Source of the DNA: a virus
DNA length: 64,000 nucleotides
Direction: 5' to 3' (one strand)
Virus record (IMG/VR): IMGVR_UViG_3300025108_000022
Coordinates: 1 to 64,000 of that record
In this document: piece by piece, positions 9,415 through 18,417 of the stretch
How the letters are laid out: each line of letters starts with the position of its first letter
Numbering within the stretch: position 1 is the stretch's first letter
Made by a program: the position numbers and the translations under genes
The notes under the pieces: generated by a model
Seen by the model: the letters and a program-made list of their open reading frames with translations, nothing else
Databases searched by the model: none
What the model was told of the DNA's origin: nothing

Positions 9415-10986
9415 TTATCGTGGGCCAGCCTTGCGTGATGAAATCACATCATCAATGCGGAGAATCATGGTCGCTGTTTCAACAGCCGACTTCAATGCCT
9501 GTGCCACAACACGCTTTGGCTCATATACACCGGCTTCACCCATGTGCATGACGCCACCAGCCAATACATTGACACCGTGATGATGGTTTCCTTCGGCATG
9601 TGCCTTGCGTAGTGCCATCATTTCATCAACAGGGTCAAGACCGCCGTTTTCAGCAAGTGTTCGTGGAATGACCTCAAGTGCCTGTGAGAAAGCCTCCAAA
9701 GCCATGCGGTCACGACCACCGATAGTGAGAGCGTGATTAGCGAGATCCCTGCTTAGAGAAGCATAGATTGACCCGCCACCAGTGAGAACTTCGCCGTCTT
9801 CATAGGCAACAGCCACTACACCGACCGCATCGTCAAATGCTCGTTCAATTTCTTCAACGAATGGTGCTGTGCCGCCTCGCAGAAGCAAGGTGACAGCCGA
9901 AGAGTTCGGTGTGGAGAAGAAAGACATTGGCAATTCGCCCACTTTCTTTTCCGTGAGGCTTTCACAGGAACCAAGAGCCTCTTCAATATCCTCAAGGTTG
10001 TTGATGATGCCCGCACCCGTAGCACGGGAAAGTGCCTCCATGTCGGAACGCTTGACCTTTTCAAGCCCAAAGACGCCAGCCTTTGACAAATAATGCTTGG
10101 CGAGGTCGTCAATTCCCTTTTGACAAACGACAACGGTTGCACCGCTGTCAACAATTGCTTTGACAAGTTCACGGATGTAGCCTTCTTCTTGCTCTAAGAA
10201 AGCAGTGATTTGGCTCGGATCAGTGATTTGAATGTTGGCGTCCATTTCAGTGGACTTCACTTCAAGGGGGAAATCAATGAGAAGCACTTTTCCGTTGGAA
10301 ATGCCCGCTGGCATCCCGCTGTGCGCTCGCTCTTTATCAACGATAATGCCGCTGATGAGTTCGCTGTCATGTGCGTCGCCACCAATAGCCTTCACCACAT
10401 TGATTTGAGTTAGATCAACAGCCCCGTTTTGGGCAAGTGCCTCCACTGTATCAACGCAAATACCACCGAGGTGGTCTTTGATTGAAGCAGATGATTTGCC
10501 AGTGAGTGCTGTGGTTGCGATAGCAAGTAAGCGATCTTCGGTTTTTTCGGCATAAGCGTCCAATTTACCTGCTATGAACTGCCCTCCTTCACGGAATGCC
10601 GAACAAATCGTGGTCGGGTGGATGTTTTGGGTGATGAGTTCTTCGGACTTCTTGAGAAGTTCGCCGGAAAGAACAACCGCACTGGTTGTCCCATCGTAGC
10701 ATTCTTGCTCTTGAGTCTTTGCGACTTCAATAATCATCTTCGCCGCAGGGTGATCGATGTCCATTTCACCGAGGATGGTTGCTCCGTCGTTGGTGATGAT
10801 AACATCGCCACCTTCGTCAACGAGCATTTTGTCCATGCCTTTCGGGCCGAGAGTGCTTCGCACTGCGTCAGCGACCGCTTTTGCGGCGGCGATGTTGTTT
10901 GACTGTGCCACTCGTCCGTGGCTTCGCTCGGTTCCTTCTTTGAGAATGAAGATTGGTTGCTGTCCGTTTGGCATCATGTTGCTCAA
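9415..10986 (-). CDS. ths: Group II chaperonin (thermosome subunit)
   Basis: [53 protein letters not shown] and ILRIDDVI motifs. The start may be ATG 10977. Confidence 0.96.
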   Translation of the reverse strand: MSNMMPNGQQPIFILKEGTERSHGRVAQSNNIAAAKAVADAVRSTLGPKGMDKMLVDEGGDVIITNDGATILGEMDIDHPAAKMIIEVAKTQEQECYDGTTSAVVLSGELLKKSEELITQNIHPTTICSAFREGGQFIAGKLDAYAEKTEDRLLAIATTALTGKSSASIKDHLGGICVDTVEALAQNGAVDLTQINVVKAIGGDAHDSELISGIIVDKERAHSGMPAGISNGKVLLIDFPLEVKSTEMDANIQITDPSQITAFLEQEEGYIRELVKAIVDSGATVVVCQKGIDDLAKHYLSKAGVFGLEKVKRSDMEALSRATGAGIINNLEDIEEALGSCESLTEKKVGELPMSFFSTPNSSAVTLLLRGGTAPFVEEIERAFDDAVGVVAVAYEDGEVLTGGGSIYASLSRDLANHALTIGGRDRMALEAFSQALEVIPRTLAENGGLDPVDEMMALRKAHAEGNHHHGVNVLAGGVMHMGEAGVYEPKRVVAQALKSAVETATMILRIDDVISSRKAGPR

Positions 10987-11107
10987 TCACTGCTCATCAT
11001 CAATGGCTTATCAATGTTGTGAGGCTTAACAGCCTTAACATAAAAAAGAACGGGTTCGGGATGCTTTCATCGGCAGTTATTTGAAACCCGCTTTACATAG
11101 CGCACCC

Positions 11108-12598
11108 ATGCCGAGTATGGGAGGACGACCTTCGCCGCCCAACGGCGGGCCTCGGATTGGGTTATACCCCGACGCCCAACCTCCAAACGAATACGGTGAA
11201 ATTGAAGTTCCCGAAGAAGTTCAAATGGAGGACGGTGACTCATGTTGCGACGATGCAAAGGAAAAATTGGCACAGTCTTGGAGTGATAAAAACAATTTTT
11301 CACCCAGTCAATACCAACAATTGAGAAGCCAATTAGATTCAATGGACTGTGGTGAGTTCCGAATGATGTTGGAAACGATACCGGGCACAGGGCCGGGGAC
11401 TGACATGGCTAACCATGAAAGCAACATTAACCGCGATCAGAACATTTTAGACGAATGGGACGAATGTGCCAGCCGAACAAGCATGGGGATGAAATATGCC
11501 TCGGCAGATCCGTTTGAGGCCGCATGGGACATCATGCAAAAGCAAATCGGGCGTGAGGACTTTACCTATCGGATGGCCGTTCAACCCCACTTGATGTCAA
11601 ACAAGTTCGGCAACATGCCTCCCGAATTGGGATTGAGAACCACTGGTAAATTGCCAATCAAAGAAGCCATCCGGCACCTTGAGAACTCTCAAAGCATTGA
11701 GGACTTCGCACGCACGAAGGGTTGGGAAAGTGCCGAAGATGTTGGATTGAAATTGGAGGACTTTGACGATGAAGATCAGTTCTATGAAGCCCAAGCCGAA
11801 ATGGGCGTTGGCTATGACCCACTAGATCACTTGGCGGGCGAATATCAGTATTTCCGCCCTTATCACGCTAAAGACATAGCAAGAAGACCGGATGGAGGCA
11901 TTACAGATGCAGAAATCCTGCGTGTCAATATGGAGGGGATGGGGCACCCCAACGAGTATAGAGAAGCATTCCCAGCGGTGGCAAGGGACACTATGCTTGA
12001 AGGACTTGACTCAAGGCTTGAGGCAGGTGCGACAAAAGCACCAGTGTCCACTGGCTCAATAAGTGCGATGGGACAAGGCCCGATGATCGATGTCAACCCT
12101 GCGTTTGCAGGAATGGGGCTGGGATATTCAACCCTCGCATCCCTCTTAGAAAACACTGGGAGGCTTCAAGAAAATTACATGAGTGCTGGGGGTCTTGCTA
12201 CATTACAAGGTCTTGGTCGCAAATTGGATGAGGCGGGGATTGGGCACAACATGAGTATATCACCTATGGCCCAAAGGCCCGTGATGAATGCCCAGCAACA
12301 ATTGAACAATTGGCAAGAAAGCAACGCTCGCTATCCCCATCAAGGAACCGCTGAAATGTCAATAGACGACGGAACGCAATTGACACATCAAGGGACACCG
12401 GACAAATTAGGCTACATTACACATTCAATCAATCAGCAATTGGACAATGAACGGCCCTCAACGATTCAAGAATTGAAAGCCATGCTTGAAGCGTCAAAGC
12501 GGCGACGGGGAATCATGGGGGGTATGCCGCCGTCAATGAACAGGTTCCCTCCATTCTCGGCACCTTCGTGGCAAGAACGCATATCGTGGGGTGAATGA
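11108..12598 (+). CDS. Cargo protein 10: Cys-containing N-domain, internal tag and C-terminal GNAT-like domain
   Basis: Internal DPFEAAWDIMQK at ~11507. IDVNPAFAGMGLGYSTL resembles motif A. Confidence 0.6.
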   Translation: MPSMGGRPSPPNGGPRIGLYPDAQPPNEYGEIEVPEEVQMEDGDSCCDDAKEKLAQSWSDKNNFSPSQYQQLRSQLDSMDCGEFRMMLETIPGTGPGTDMANHESNINRDQNILDEWDECASRTSMGMKYASADPFEAAWDIMQKQIGREDFTYRMAVQPHLMSNKFGNMPPELGLRTTGKLPIKEAIRHLENSQSIEDFARTKGWESAEDVGLKLEDFDDEDQFYEAQAEMGVGYDPLDHLAGEYQYFRPYHAKDIARRPDGGITDAEILRVNMEGMGHPNEYREAFPAVARDTMLEGLDSRLEAGATKAPVSTGSISAMGQGPMIDVNPAFAGMGLGYSTLASLLENTGRLQENYMSAGGLATLQGLGRKLDEAGIGHNMSISPMAQRPVMNAQQQLNNWQESNARYPHQGTAEMSIDDGTQLTHQGTPDKLGYITHSINQQLDNERPSTIQELKAMLEASKRRRGIMGGMPPSMNRFPPFSAPSWQERISWGE

Positions 12599-13075
12599 AT
12601 GAGCGCAATTGATGTGGGTTTCAGTCTGTTGAAAAACGACGATTTAGACGACATACCCGCTGAAAACAAAGGCGGGGATTGTTATTACAATTCATTCAAT
12701 TACATGTGCGCCAATCCCAATCACACACTTGTTCATGCCCAAGTGACCCCACTCATGGGGCCGCTGGCTGGTCGCCCTTACGGGCACGCATTCACCACTT
12801 TCATGGGTGAAGACGGCAGGAAGATGGTTCACGACCCCAGTGCCGATGGAGGCAAAGGAATGACAATACCTGCCGATGTCTATTATGGGATAGGGCAAAT
12901 CGGTGCCCCAAACATGATTGAATACAGCCATGAAGAAATGTTGCGCCAAATCCAAGACACCATGCACGCAGGGCCGTGGGATCCAATGACTGAACAATGG
13001 ATGCACAGTTCCGACGAAGACCGTCAAAAAAAGCGTGAGATGGATGGCGAATTGCTTGACGATGGTGAGGAATGA
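12599..13075 (+). CDS. Tagged cargo protein 11, transglutaminase/papain-like Cys-His-Asp protein
   Basis: MSAIDVGFSLLK. GDCYYNS...GHAF...VHDPS gives the triad in the expected order. Confidence 0.6.
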   Translation: MSAIDVGFSLLKNDDLDDIPAENKGGDCYYNSFNYMCANPNHTLVHAQVTPLMGPLAGRPYGHAFTTFMGEDGRKMVHDPSADGGKGMTIPADVYYGIGQIGAPNMIEYSHEEMLRQIQDTMHAGPWDPMTEQWMHSSDEDRQKKREMDGELLDDGEE

Positions 13076-14163
13076 TGGTTGAGCCTTTTGACATCGCAGG
13101 TTTGAAAGCCAATCCCGACTGGATGCGAGGTAAAGCAATACCCGGTTATGTCAAACACCCCGGAAACAAAAACAAACCTCACTACAACACTCTTGGTCGG
13201 TATGCCGCCCAACAAGCAGGAACCACAGGTATTCAAGACCCTGCAAGCGGGCCGGGTGGCTTCATTCAAGGTATTTTGCCCGAAGGGACGAGCCAAATGA
13301 ACGAATGGGATGTCGGCCTCCATAACTTGACACAACAAGTGAAGCAGGGTGGGTTCACTGTCCCATTTGACGAAGGGCCGATGGATAAACAGCGTTGGAT
13401 GGACGACATACGAGGAACCACCATATCGCAAATCAATTTGGGGAACTTGCCAAATCAAGGTTCACTGAACAACACTCTCCATCGTTTGCGACAAGGCTTG
13501 GACTGGAATGACATGACTCCCGAAGAAAAAGTGGCTTTTGCGAGGATTTACTACAAAAACAAGAAAACTGGTCGGCAAGGAGGCATAAGAGCCGGAACTG
13601 GCTACAACAACAACACTGCTGGTTCACTCCGTCCTTTCAATGTGGGACAGGTGGACGACCTATCACATTACGCCCCTTTGTTTGCTGACACTGAATTGAG
13701 GCAAGGTGATGCCACAGAAGCCTTACGAGAATGGGATGTGGACACCGACAAATTGTTGACTTCGGATCCGCCCTATGAAGGAGAACCTTCAACCTATTCG
13801 GGGAACTTTGCACTACAAGGCTATTTGCGAGAATTACAAGAACGCTTAGAAGAAGGACAGCCAATGATTGCCTTTGACAGTGCCGAAGTCGCTCCATTGT
13901 ATGCCGACATCGGACTTGAACCGCAAATTATGAATCGGCCCGACAACACAGCACCAACAGGGAAACACCGAGGAATAAAACCGGAAATGGTTGCTTTTGG
14001 GAACATTGAGGGCTTAGAACCTCTTGAACTCTTGAGTCGTTTCGGTCATAACAAATATGCACCCGATTCAAAGCAACAGTCCGAATTATTGGACTTTGAA
14101 CTCTCCGAACCCCAAAATGCCTTTGAACATGGGTGGGCTGTGCTGAAACAGGAGGAACACTGA
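13072..14163 (+). CDS. Dam-like (D12-class) amino-DNA methyltransferase homolog with a C-terminal tag copy
   Basis: KHPGNK (motif X-like), DPASGPGG (motif I-like) and SDPPY at 13765 followed by Y..NF. C-terminal NAFEHGWAVLK. Confidence 0.7.
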   Translation: MMVEPFDIAGLKANPDWMRGKAIPGYVKHPGNKNKPHYNTLGRYAAQQAGTTGIQDPASGPGGFIQGILPEGTSQMNEWDVGLHNLTQQVKQGGFTVPFDEGPMDKQRWMDDIRGTTISQINLGNLPNQGSLNNTLHRLRQGLDWNDMTPEEKVAFARIYYKNKKTGRQGGIRAGTGYNNNTAGSLRPFNVGQVDDLSHYAPLFADTELRQGDATEALREWDVDTDKLLTSDPPYEGEPSTYSGNFALQGYLRELQERLEEGQPMIAFDSAEVAPLYADIGLEPQIMNRPDNTAPTGKHRGIKPEMVAFGNIEGLEPLELLSRFGHNKYAPDSKQQSELLDFELSEPQNAFEHGWAVLKQEEH

Positions 14164-16205
14164 TGGCGGCACCTTTTGACTGGAAACGAACGAGGGCTGG
14201 TGAGAAACACATAGGTCTTGGGAATACCCCGAAGGACGACTCCATATCCACTTTCCGCAACATAAGTCAAGCCAGTCCCGGTCGTGATTTGCGTTTGCCT
14301 CCTGCACTACGCCCACTTCACTTCGATCAGTTCCCATCAGATCCAAAAGACCCAACACGAAGAGGGCCGGGTATGGTTGCAGTTCAAAGAAGATTGGTCG
14401 GCAGTGACGGCAAATCAAAAGGAAAACACAGTGTTGAAGCGGCGACTCAAGTTCCTTTACTTGACCCGATGGTGTCAATTGACAGGACAGCCCAACAAGA
14501 CGCTTGGCACGGAAACAAAGCATACAGGGGAGAAATACAAGGAACTCCGAGGGCACCGGGCAGGACGCTTCACGCACCCATCAGTGGCACTTTGCCAATA
14601 TCGGAGTCCCAACAATACCTCATGGGTGATGCTTTGCCCGAAGATGTTCACGATTATGATGTTGAACTTGATAACAACGGAAACGCAAGAGTCCTTGACG
14701 AAGAAGGACAGCAAGCGGATTTGGTGACATACCGCCCGTTCTTTTACGATTCGCAAGGCAATATCGTTTATCGGGACGACACTGCTGTGATGGAACCCGA
14801 AGATCATAAACAATTGGATATTCACCCCCTGTTTGGACGAAGAACAAAGACGCAAACCGAACACATGGGTCGCCCTCTCCCTCACCAAATTACAGGAACG
14901 GGCGACTTCGTTATGTTCCCAGCAGGGCCAGTCGGTGAAATGGCCGAACCTATACCCATCAGTCAAGGAACACGGTTTGCAGGAAACACTGGTGTCGTGA
15001 CCCCTCACGGCATGTATTTTCCTAAAAACATTGACTGGACGAATGTTCAACGAGCCGAAGGGCTGGCTGAACTTGGTGCTGTTCTCATTAAGGCAATTTC
15101 AAGCGATCCCGACGATTGGGAGAAAATGTATGATTGGGACACCAACCTCGGTGGCGGTTTTCCGTCAGCGAAAGAAAGTGGAACAAAAAGAACGGGCGGT
15201 GGCGGTTTTCAAGAGATTGCTGATTGGGTCGCCAACAATCCCGACCAAATGCGTGCGGCTATTGGAGGCCGTGGTGCAAAGGCGAGAAAGGTGGATTGGC
15301 CGTTAAAAGGTCGTCAAATCGCTGAATGGGACGACATAATGGAGGACGAAGGTGTCCCCGAAATTGACAGGCTGGATGAAGCCCTCAAAACACATTATGG
15401 GTATGGGAGAGCAAAAGCCATGCCCGGTCTTTCAATTCTTGACACTTCTCCACTTGCTTGCCCTTATTCAACACCGGAAGACCCGCTTAGTGCGTGCGGC
15501 AATTGTTATGCGTGCAAAAATCATTTCCTTTTCAACAATGCTCAAAACAACATGTGGGGCAGAACACGAATGTTGCATAATGACCCAATGCGCTTGGCTT
15601 CGGCTTACAAAGAGTCACTGTCCCCAATGTCGGCTCAATACAAAATGACAAGGAGAAGCCGACCACCCGTGAGAGGTAAAGTCAGTGGTGATTTGACACC
15701 GGGTGAATTGTCAATGCTTGCTGACATTATGGAACAACAACCTGATCATGACAAGCAAGACCTTTGGCTTGCTTCAAGGCAATATCCCACGATTAAGAAC
15801 TTCTTAGATGCAAGAGGATGGGATGATTGGAACCCCGATAATATCCGACTCCGCCTTTCAATGCCCGGAAAGAAAACACATAACGATTTGCCCGGTGGGG
15901 ATTTAATTTCGGAATTGCTCACCCATCCCAATGTCGTGCCCTCGTCTTATGACACCGTTGCTCCGGGCTATGTCATTTGCCCGAAAACCGAAAAAGGCAA
16001 CACACCGCAGTGCAATTCAAACATAGATCCATTAACGGGACAAAAGGGTTGCAGGGCTTGTTGGAGCGATAAGCCGGTTGTTTATGGGCACCATGACGGC
16101 AAGCCTTCAAGGGTATTTTCACCCGAAGAAAAAGCGATGGGTCAAATGGAGTCAAGCCACAATACCCCGACTAATACTCGTCGTTTGCCGATGTTTAGGG
16201 AATAG
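14163..16205 (+). CDS. Two-part protein with a C-terminal phage Gp88-like Cys-rich domain
   Basis: Start ATG 14163. Junction GAVLIKA. CP...SACGNCYA, VRGKVSGD, WLASR, PDNIRLRLS and CP...CRACW...VYGHH. Confidence 0.6.
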   Translation: MAAPFDWKRTRAGEKHIGLGNTPKDDSISTFRNISQASPGRDLRLPPALRPLHFDQFPSDPKDPTRRGPGMVAVQRRLVGSDGKSKGKHSVEAATQVPLLDPMVSIDRTAQQDAWHGNKAYRGEIQGTPRAPGRTLHAPISGTLPISESQQYLMGDALPEDVHDYDVELDNNGNARVLDEEGQQADLVTYRPFFYDSQGNIVYRDDTAVMEPEDHKQLDIHPLFGRRTKTQTEHMGRPLPHQITGTGDFVMFPAGPVGEMAEPIPISQGTRFAGNTGVVTPHGMYFPKNIDWTNVQRAEGLAELGAVLIKAISSDPDDWEKMYDWDTNLGGGFPSAKESGTKRTGGGGFQEIADWVANNPDQMRAAIGGRGAKARKVDWPLKGRQIAEWDDIMEDEGVPEIDRLDEALKTHYGYGRAKAMPGLSILDTSPLACPYSTPEDPLSACGNCYACKNHFLFNNAQNNMWGRTRMLHNDPMRLASAYKESLSPMSAQYKMTRRSRPPVRGKVSGDLTPGELSMLADIMEQQPDHDKQDLWLASRQYPTIKNFLDARGWDDWNPDNIRLRLSMPGKKTHNDLPGGDLISELLTHPNVVPSSYDTVAPGYVICPKTEKGNTPQCNSNIDPLTGQKGCRACWSDKPVVYGHHDGKPSRVFSPEEKAMGQMESSHNTPTNTRRLPMFRE

Positions 16206-16707
16206 GAGCCATTGGCATGTGGTTGGTGTGTGAAATCCCAGCGGCACCAGTCGGGCCGTTGTTTCCTTCACAGGTCTGCAATTGCTGAATCAAGGAATTG
16301 ACAAGGTATGCGGTTTCCGTGTTCCCCGACACATTGTTCGCCACAGCCCACTGATTCAACCATGATATGTCGCTGTCAAACAAACGCTGTGGGCGTGTGA
16401 TGTTCGCAATCAACAATTGATCGTCAATCCAAACCGCTTCGTCTTGAAGAATGCTTTCGGCACCATTCATCAAAGAAACCCATGCCGTAGTGCCTGTCGG
16501 TTGATTTGAGGCGGTTGCATAGAGTGGGTGGTTGAAATGCGCCAACACTGCGACAGCGGCCTTGAAATCAAAGTCAGCGGCCAAGTTCTCATCGGTGTGG
16601 CGTTGGATCCACGATGAAAGGAGAGGGGCACTATTTGGTGATGCGCTTACAATTCGGTTGTATGAACGCATGGCGGCGACGGCCTCCGGCATATTGGGGT
16701 TTGACAT
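16195..16707 (-). CDS. Hypothetical protein
   Basis: 170-aa ORF with ATTAAATA ~25 nt upstream on the minus strand. Confidence 0.7.
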   Translation of the reverse strand: MSNPNMPEAVAAMRSYNRIVSASPNSAPLLSSWIQRHTDENLAADFDFKAAVAVLAHFNHPLYATASNQPTGTTAWVSLMNGAESILQDEAVWIDDQLLIANITRPQRLFDSDISWLNQWAVANNVSGNTETAYLVNSLIQQLQTCEGNNGPTGAAGISHTNHMPMAPIP

Positions 16708-16728
16708 AGATAGCGGATAGCGTCGTCG

Positions 16729-16752
16729 TATTTAATCACAACCTTCATAGCC
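16729..16752. promoter_or_regulatory. Candidate divergent promoter pair
   Basis: ATTAAATA (minus, 16729-16736) and CCTTCATAG (plus, ~16742-16750) each lie ~25-30 nt from the divergent ATGs at 16707 and 16775. Confidence 0.45.
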
Positions 16753-16774
16753 TTGACAGGAGTGGGATTTACAC

Positions 16775-16918
16775 ATGAGCCGTCATGTGTCAGTCGTGAT
16801 GCCCGATGAATTGTTCGCTGAAATGGAAGCGGCAAGGGGCCGAGAATCAAAATCCTCATTCGTTTGCCACATATTGAAAGAGTTCTTCAAAAACCGACAA
16901 AAAGGAGATGATGAATAA
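16775..16918 (+). CDS. Ribbon-helix-helix (CopG/Arc-like) DNA-binding protein
   Basis: Not in the ORF track. MSRHVSVVMPDELFAEMEAARGRESKSSFVCHILKEFFKNRQKGDDE. TAATG overlap with the next gene. Confidence 0.8.
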   Translation: MSRHVSVVMPDELFAEMEAARGRESKSSFVCHILKEFFKNRQKGDDE

Positions 16919-17394
16919 TGCAACAGCCAATAGTGCCGCAACCACAACGAATACCACCGTGGGCAGGAGGGGACGACAATAACCGGATCGACATCAATTT
17001 GATAGCCATGCTTCTATGGCAATCACTTTTGACTGGGGTTTCAGTCACAGTGTCGCATTTGGACTGGTATTTGCCGGACGCTTCACCGGGTGAAATGGGA
17101 CTTCAATACGGTCTTATTGCATTCGGTTTCCTATGTGTCGCTATGGTTCTGTTTCATGTTGGGGGCATTCGTGACTCCCTTGCCCTTCGTGCCGAGTTCT
17201 CTCAAGAAGGACGCCATGACAAATGGCTCCGCAATCAACAAAGACTACAACAACGCCGCATGAGAAAGGACTACAACATGGCTCAAGAGGCTCAAATGTA
17301 TAAGCAACAGGCTTGGCAACAGGTCGATCCGAATCAGCAAACTTTCGGCTTACCGAACACCGAAGAATCCAATAACGACAAAAATAACGAATAG
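16918..17394 (+). CDS. Membrane protein (2 TM segments plus Gln/Arg-rich helical tail)
   Basis: Hydrophobic segments INLIAMLLWQSLLTGVSVTV and YGLIAFGFLCVAMVLFHVGG. Confidence 0.75.
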   Translation: MQQPIVPQPQRIPPWAGGDDNNRIDINLIAMLLWQSLLTGVSVTVSHLDWYLPDASPGEMGLQYGLIAFGFLCVAMVLFHVGGIRDSLALRAEFSQEGRHDKWLRNQQRLQQRRMRKDYNMAQEAQMYKQQAWQQVDPNQQTFGLPNTEESNNDKNNE

Positions 17395-17630
17395 TGTGGT
17401 GGGACATGATGTGGCCTTTCAATACCGCACAGGAAAGACAAGCGGAGGCCATGTCGGCTATTCTCGCTGAAAACGCATACGATAGAAGGATGGAGCGAGC
17501 CGCTTGGACTGTGAAATCCATACTTGCCTTTGTTGGGGGAATCGCTCTCACTTTCTTTGTTTTGCTGGGCTTGGATATTTGGCTTGAGATCAACCCGACT
17601 TCTGTTTGGAACTGGATTCGGGGGAAGTGA
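17394..17630 (+). CDS. Small single-pass membrane protein
   Basis: SILAFVGGIALTFFVLLGLDIW. Coupled to neighbouring genes. Confidence 0.7.
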   Translation: MWWDMMWPFNTAQERQAEAMSAILAENAYDRRMERAAWTVKSILAFVGGIALTFFVLLGLDIWLEINPTSVWNWIRGK

Positions 17631-17635
17631 GGTGA

Positions 17636-18364
17636 ATGGCAACATGGATGCTTGCTGGACACATATTGATGGGTTCGGCCCAATTAGCGGCCTATGTGTA
17701 TCGGCTGATTAGACCACATAAAATCGGCATATTCGGCCCATCGTTGGCTGGCAAAACCACCCTCGATCAATACTTGACAGTTCCGGGGGACATCGATCCG
17801 ATACCCGTTGAATTGAGAACCACGCATCCTGTGAAGAACGGTGCCTTTCAAACCCCCCACGCAACCAAAAAACAAGTGCGGTGGAAAGGGGAAAAGACAC
17901 CAATAATGACAGCCGACATCGGGGGACAATCCCAATACTGGAACCTGTGGGCCGAAGACATGATTGAGCGAAACACAAGCGTGGTTTTCTTTGTTGTTGA
18001 CGACCGTGTTGGTTGGTCGCAACCAGCCATGCAAGAAGCCGTTGCCGGTTTCAAATACCTCACCGATATTATCGTCAATCATAGGTTTCCCAGCACTTTC
18101 TCACGAAGCATGAAGAAAAAAGCAAAAAAATACAAACCAAAGGTCGTTTGCTTAGTTCTCAACAAAATGGATCTGTGGTGGACAAACGAGTCCCAGCAGA
18201 TGTGGGATATGGGTTTGCGTCGTCAACACCCGATGGTGATGCCTTTTCAAGAAGATATGCGGAGGCTTAGAAAATCCGCAGTGGCGACAAATGTTGAGGC
18301 TATGGCGGCTCAATACGGGCTGAATGTGGAGGGTGCCGTGATAAGGACACTTAACATGATTTAG
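17636..18364 (+). CDS. Arf/Sar-like small GTPase (Ras superfamily)
   Basis: G1 GPSLAGKTT, G3 DIGGQSQYWNLW, VFFVVD, G4 LNKMD and G5-like AMAA. Hydrophobic/amphipathic N-terminal extension. Confidence 0.88.
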   Translation: MATWMLAGHILMGSAQLAAYVYRLIRPHKIGIFGPSLAGKTTLDQYLTVPGDIDPIPVELRTTHPVKNGAFQTPHATKKQVRWKGEKTPIMTADIGGQSQYWNLWAEDMIERNTSVVFFVVDDRVGWSQPAMQEAVAGFKYLTDIIVNHRFPSTFSRSMKKKAKKYKPKVVCLVLNKMDLWWTNESQQMWDMGLRRQHPMVMPFQEDMRRLRKSAVATNVEAMAAQYGLNVEGAVIRTLNMI

Positions 18365-18417
18365 GCCGCAACCCTTTTCATGTTGTCAGTCCTCACAGGG
18401 TCAAGGGGGAGTTATGA

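Noticed and set aside
1383-10986. HMG-CoA lyase and thermosome as host chromosome flanking a provirus
   Set aside because: Both are interleaved with tagged viral-type genes and show the same oligonucleotide avoidance. No integrase, att site or host housekeeping cluster is visible.
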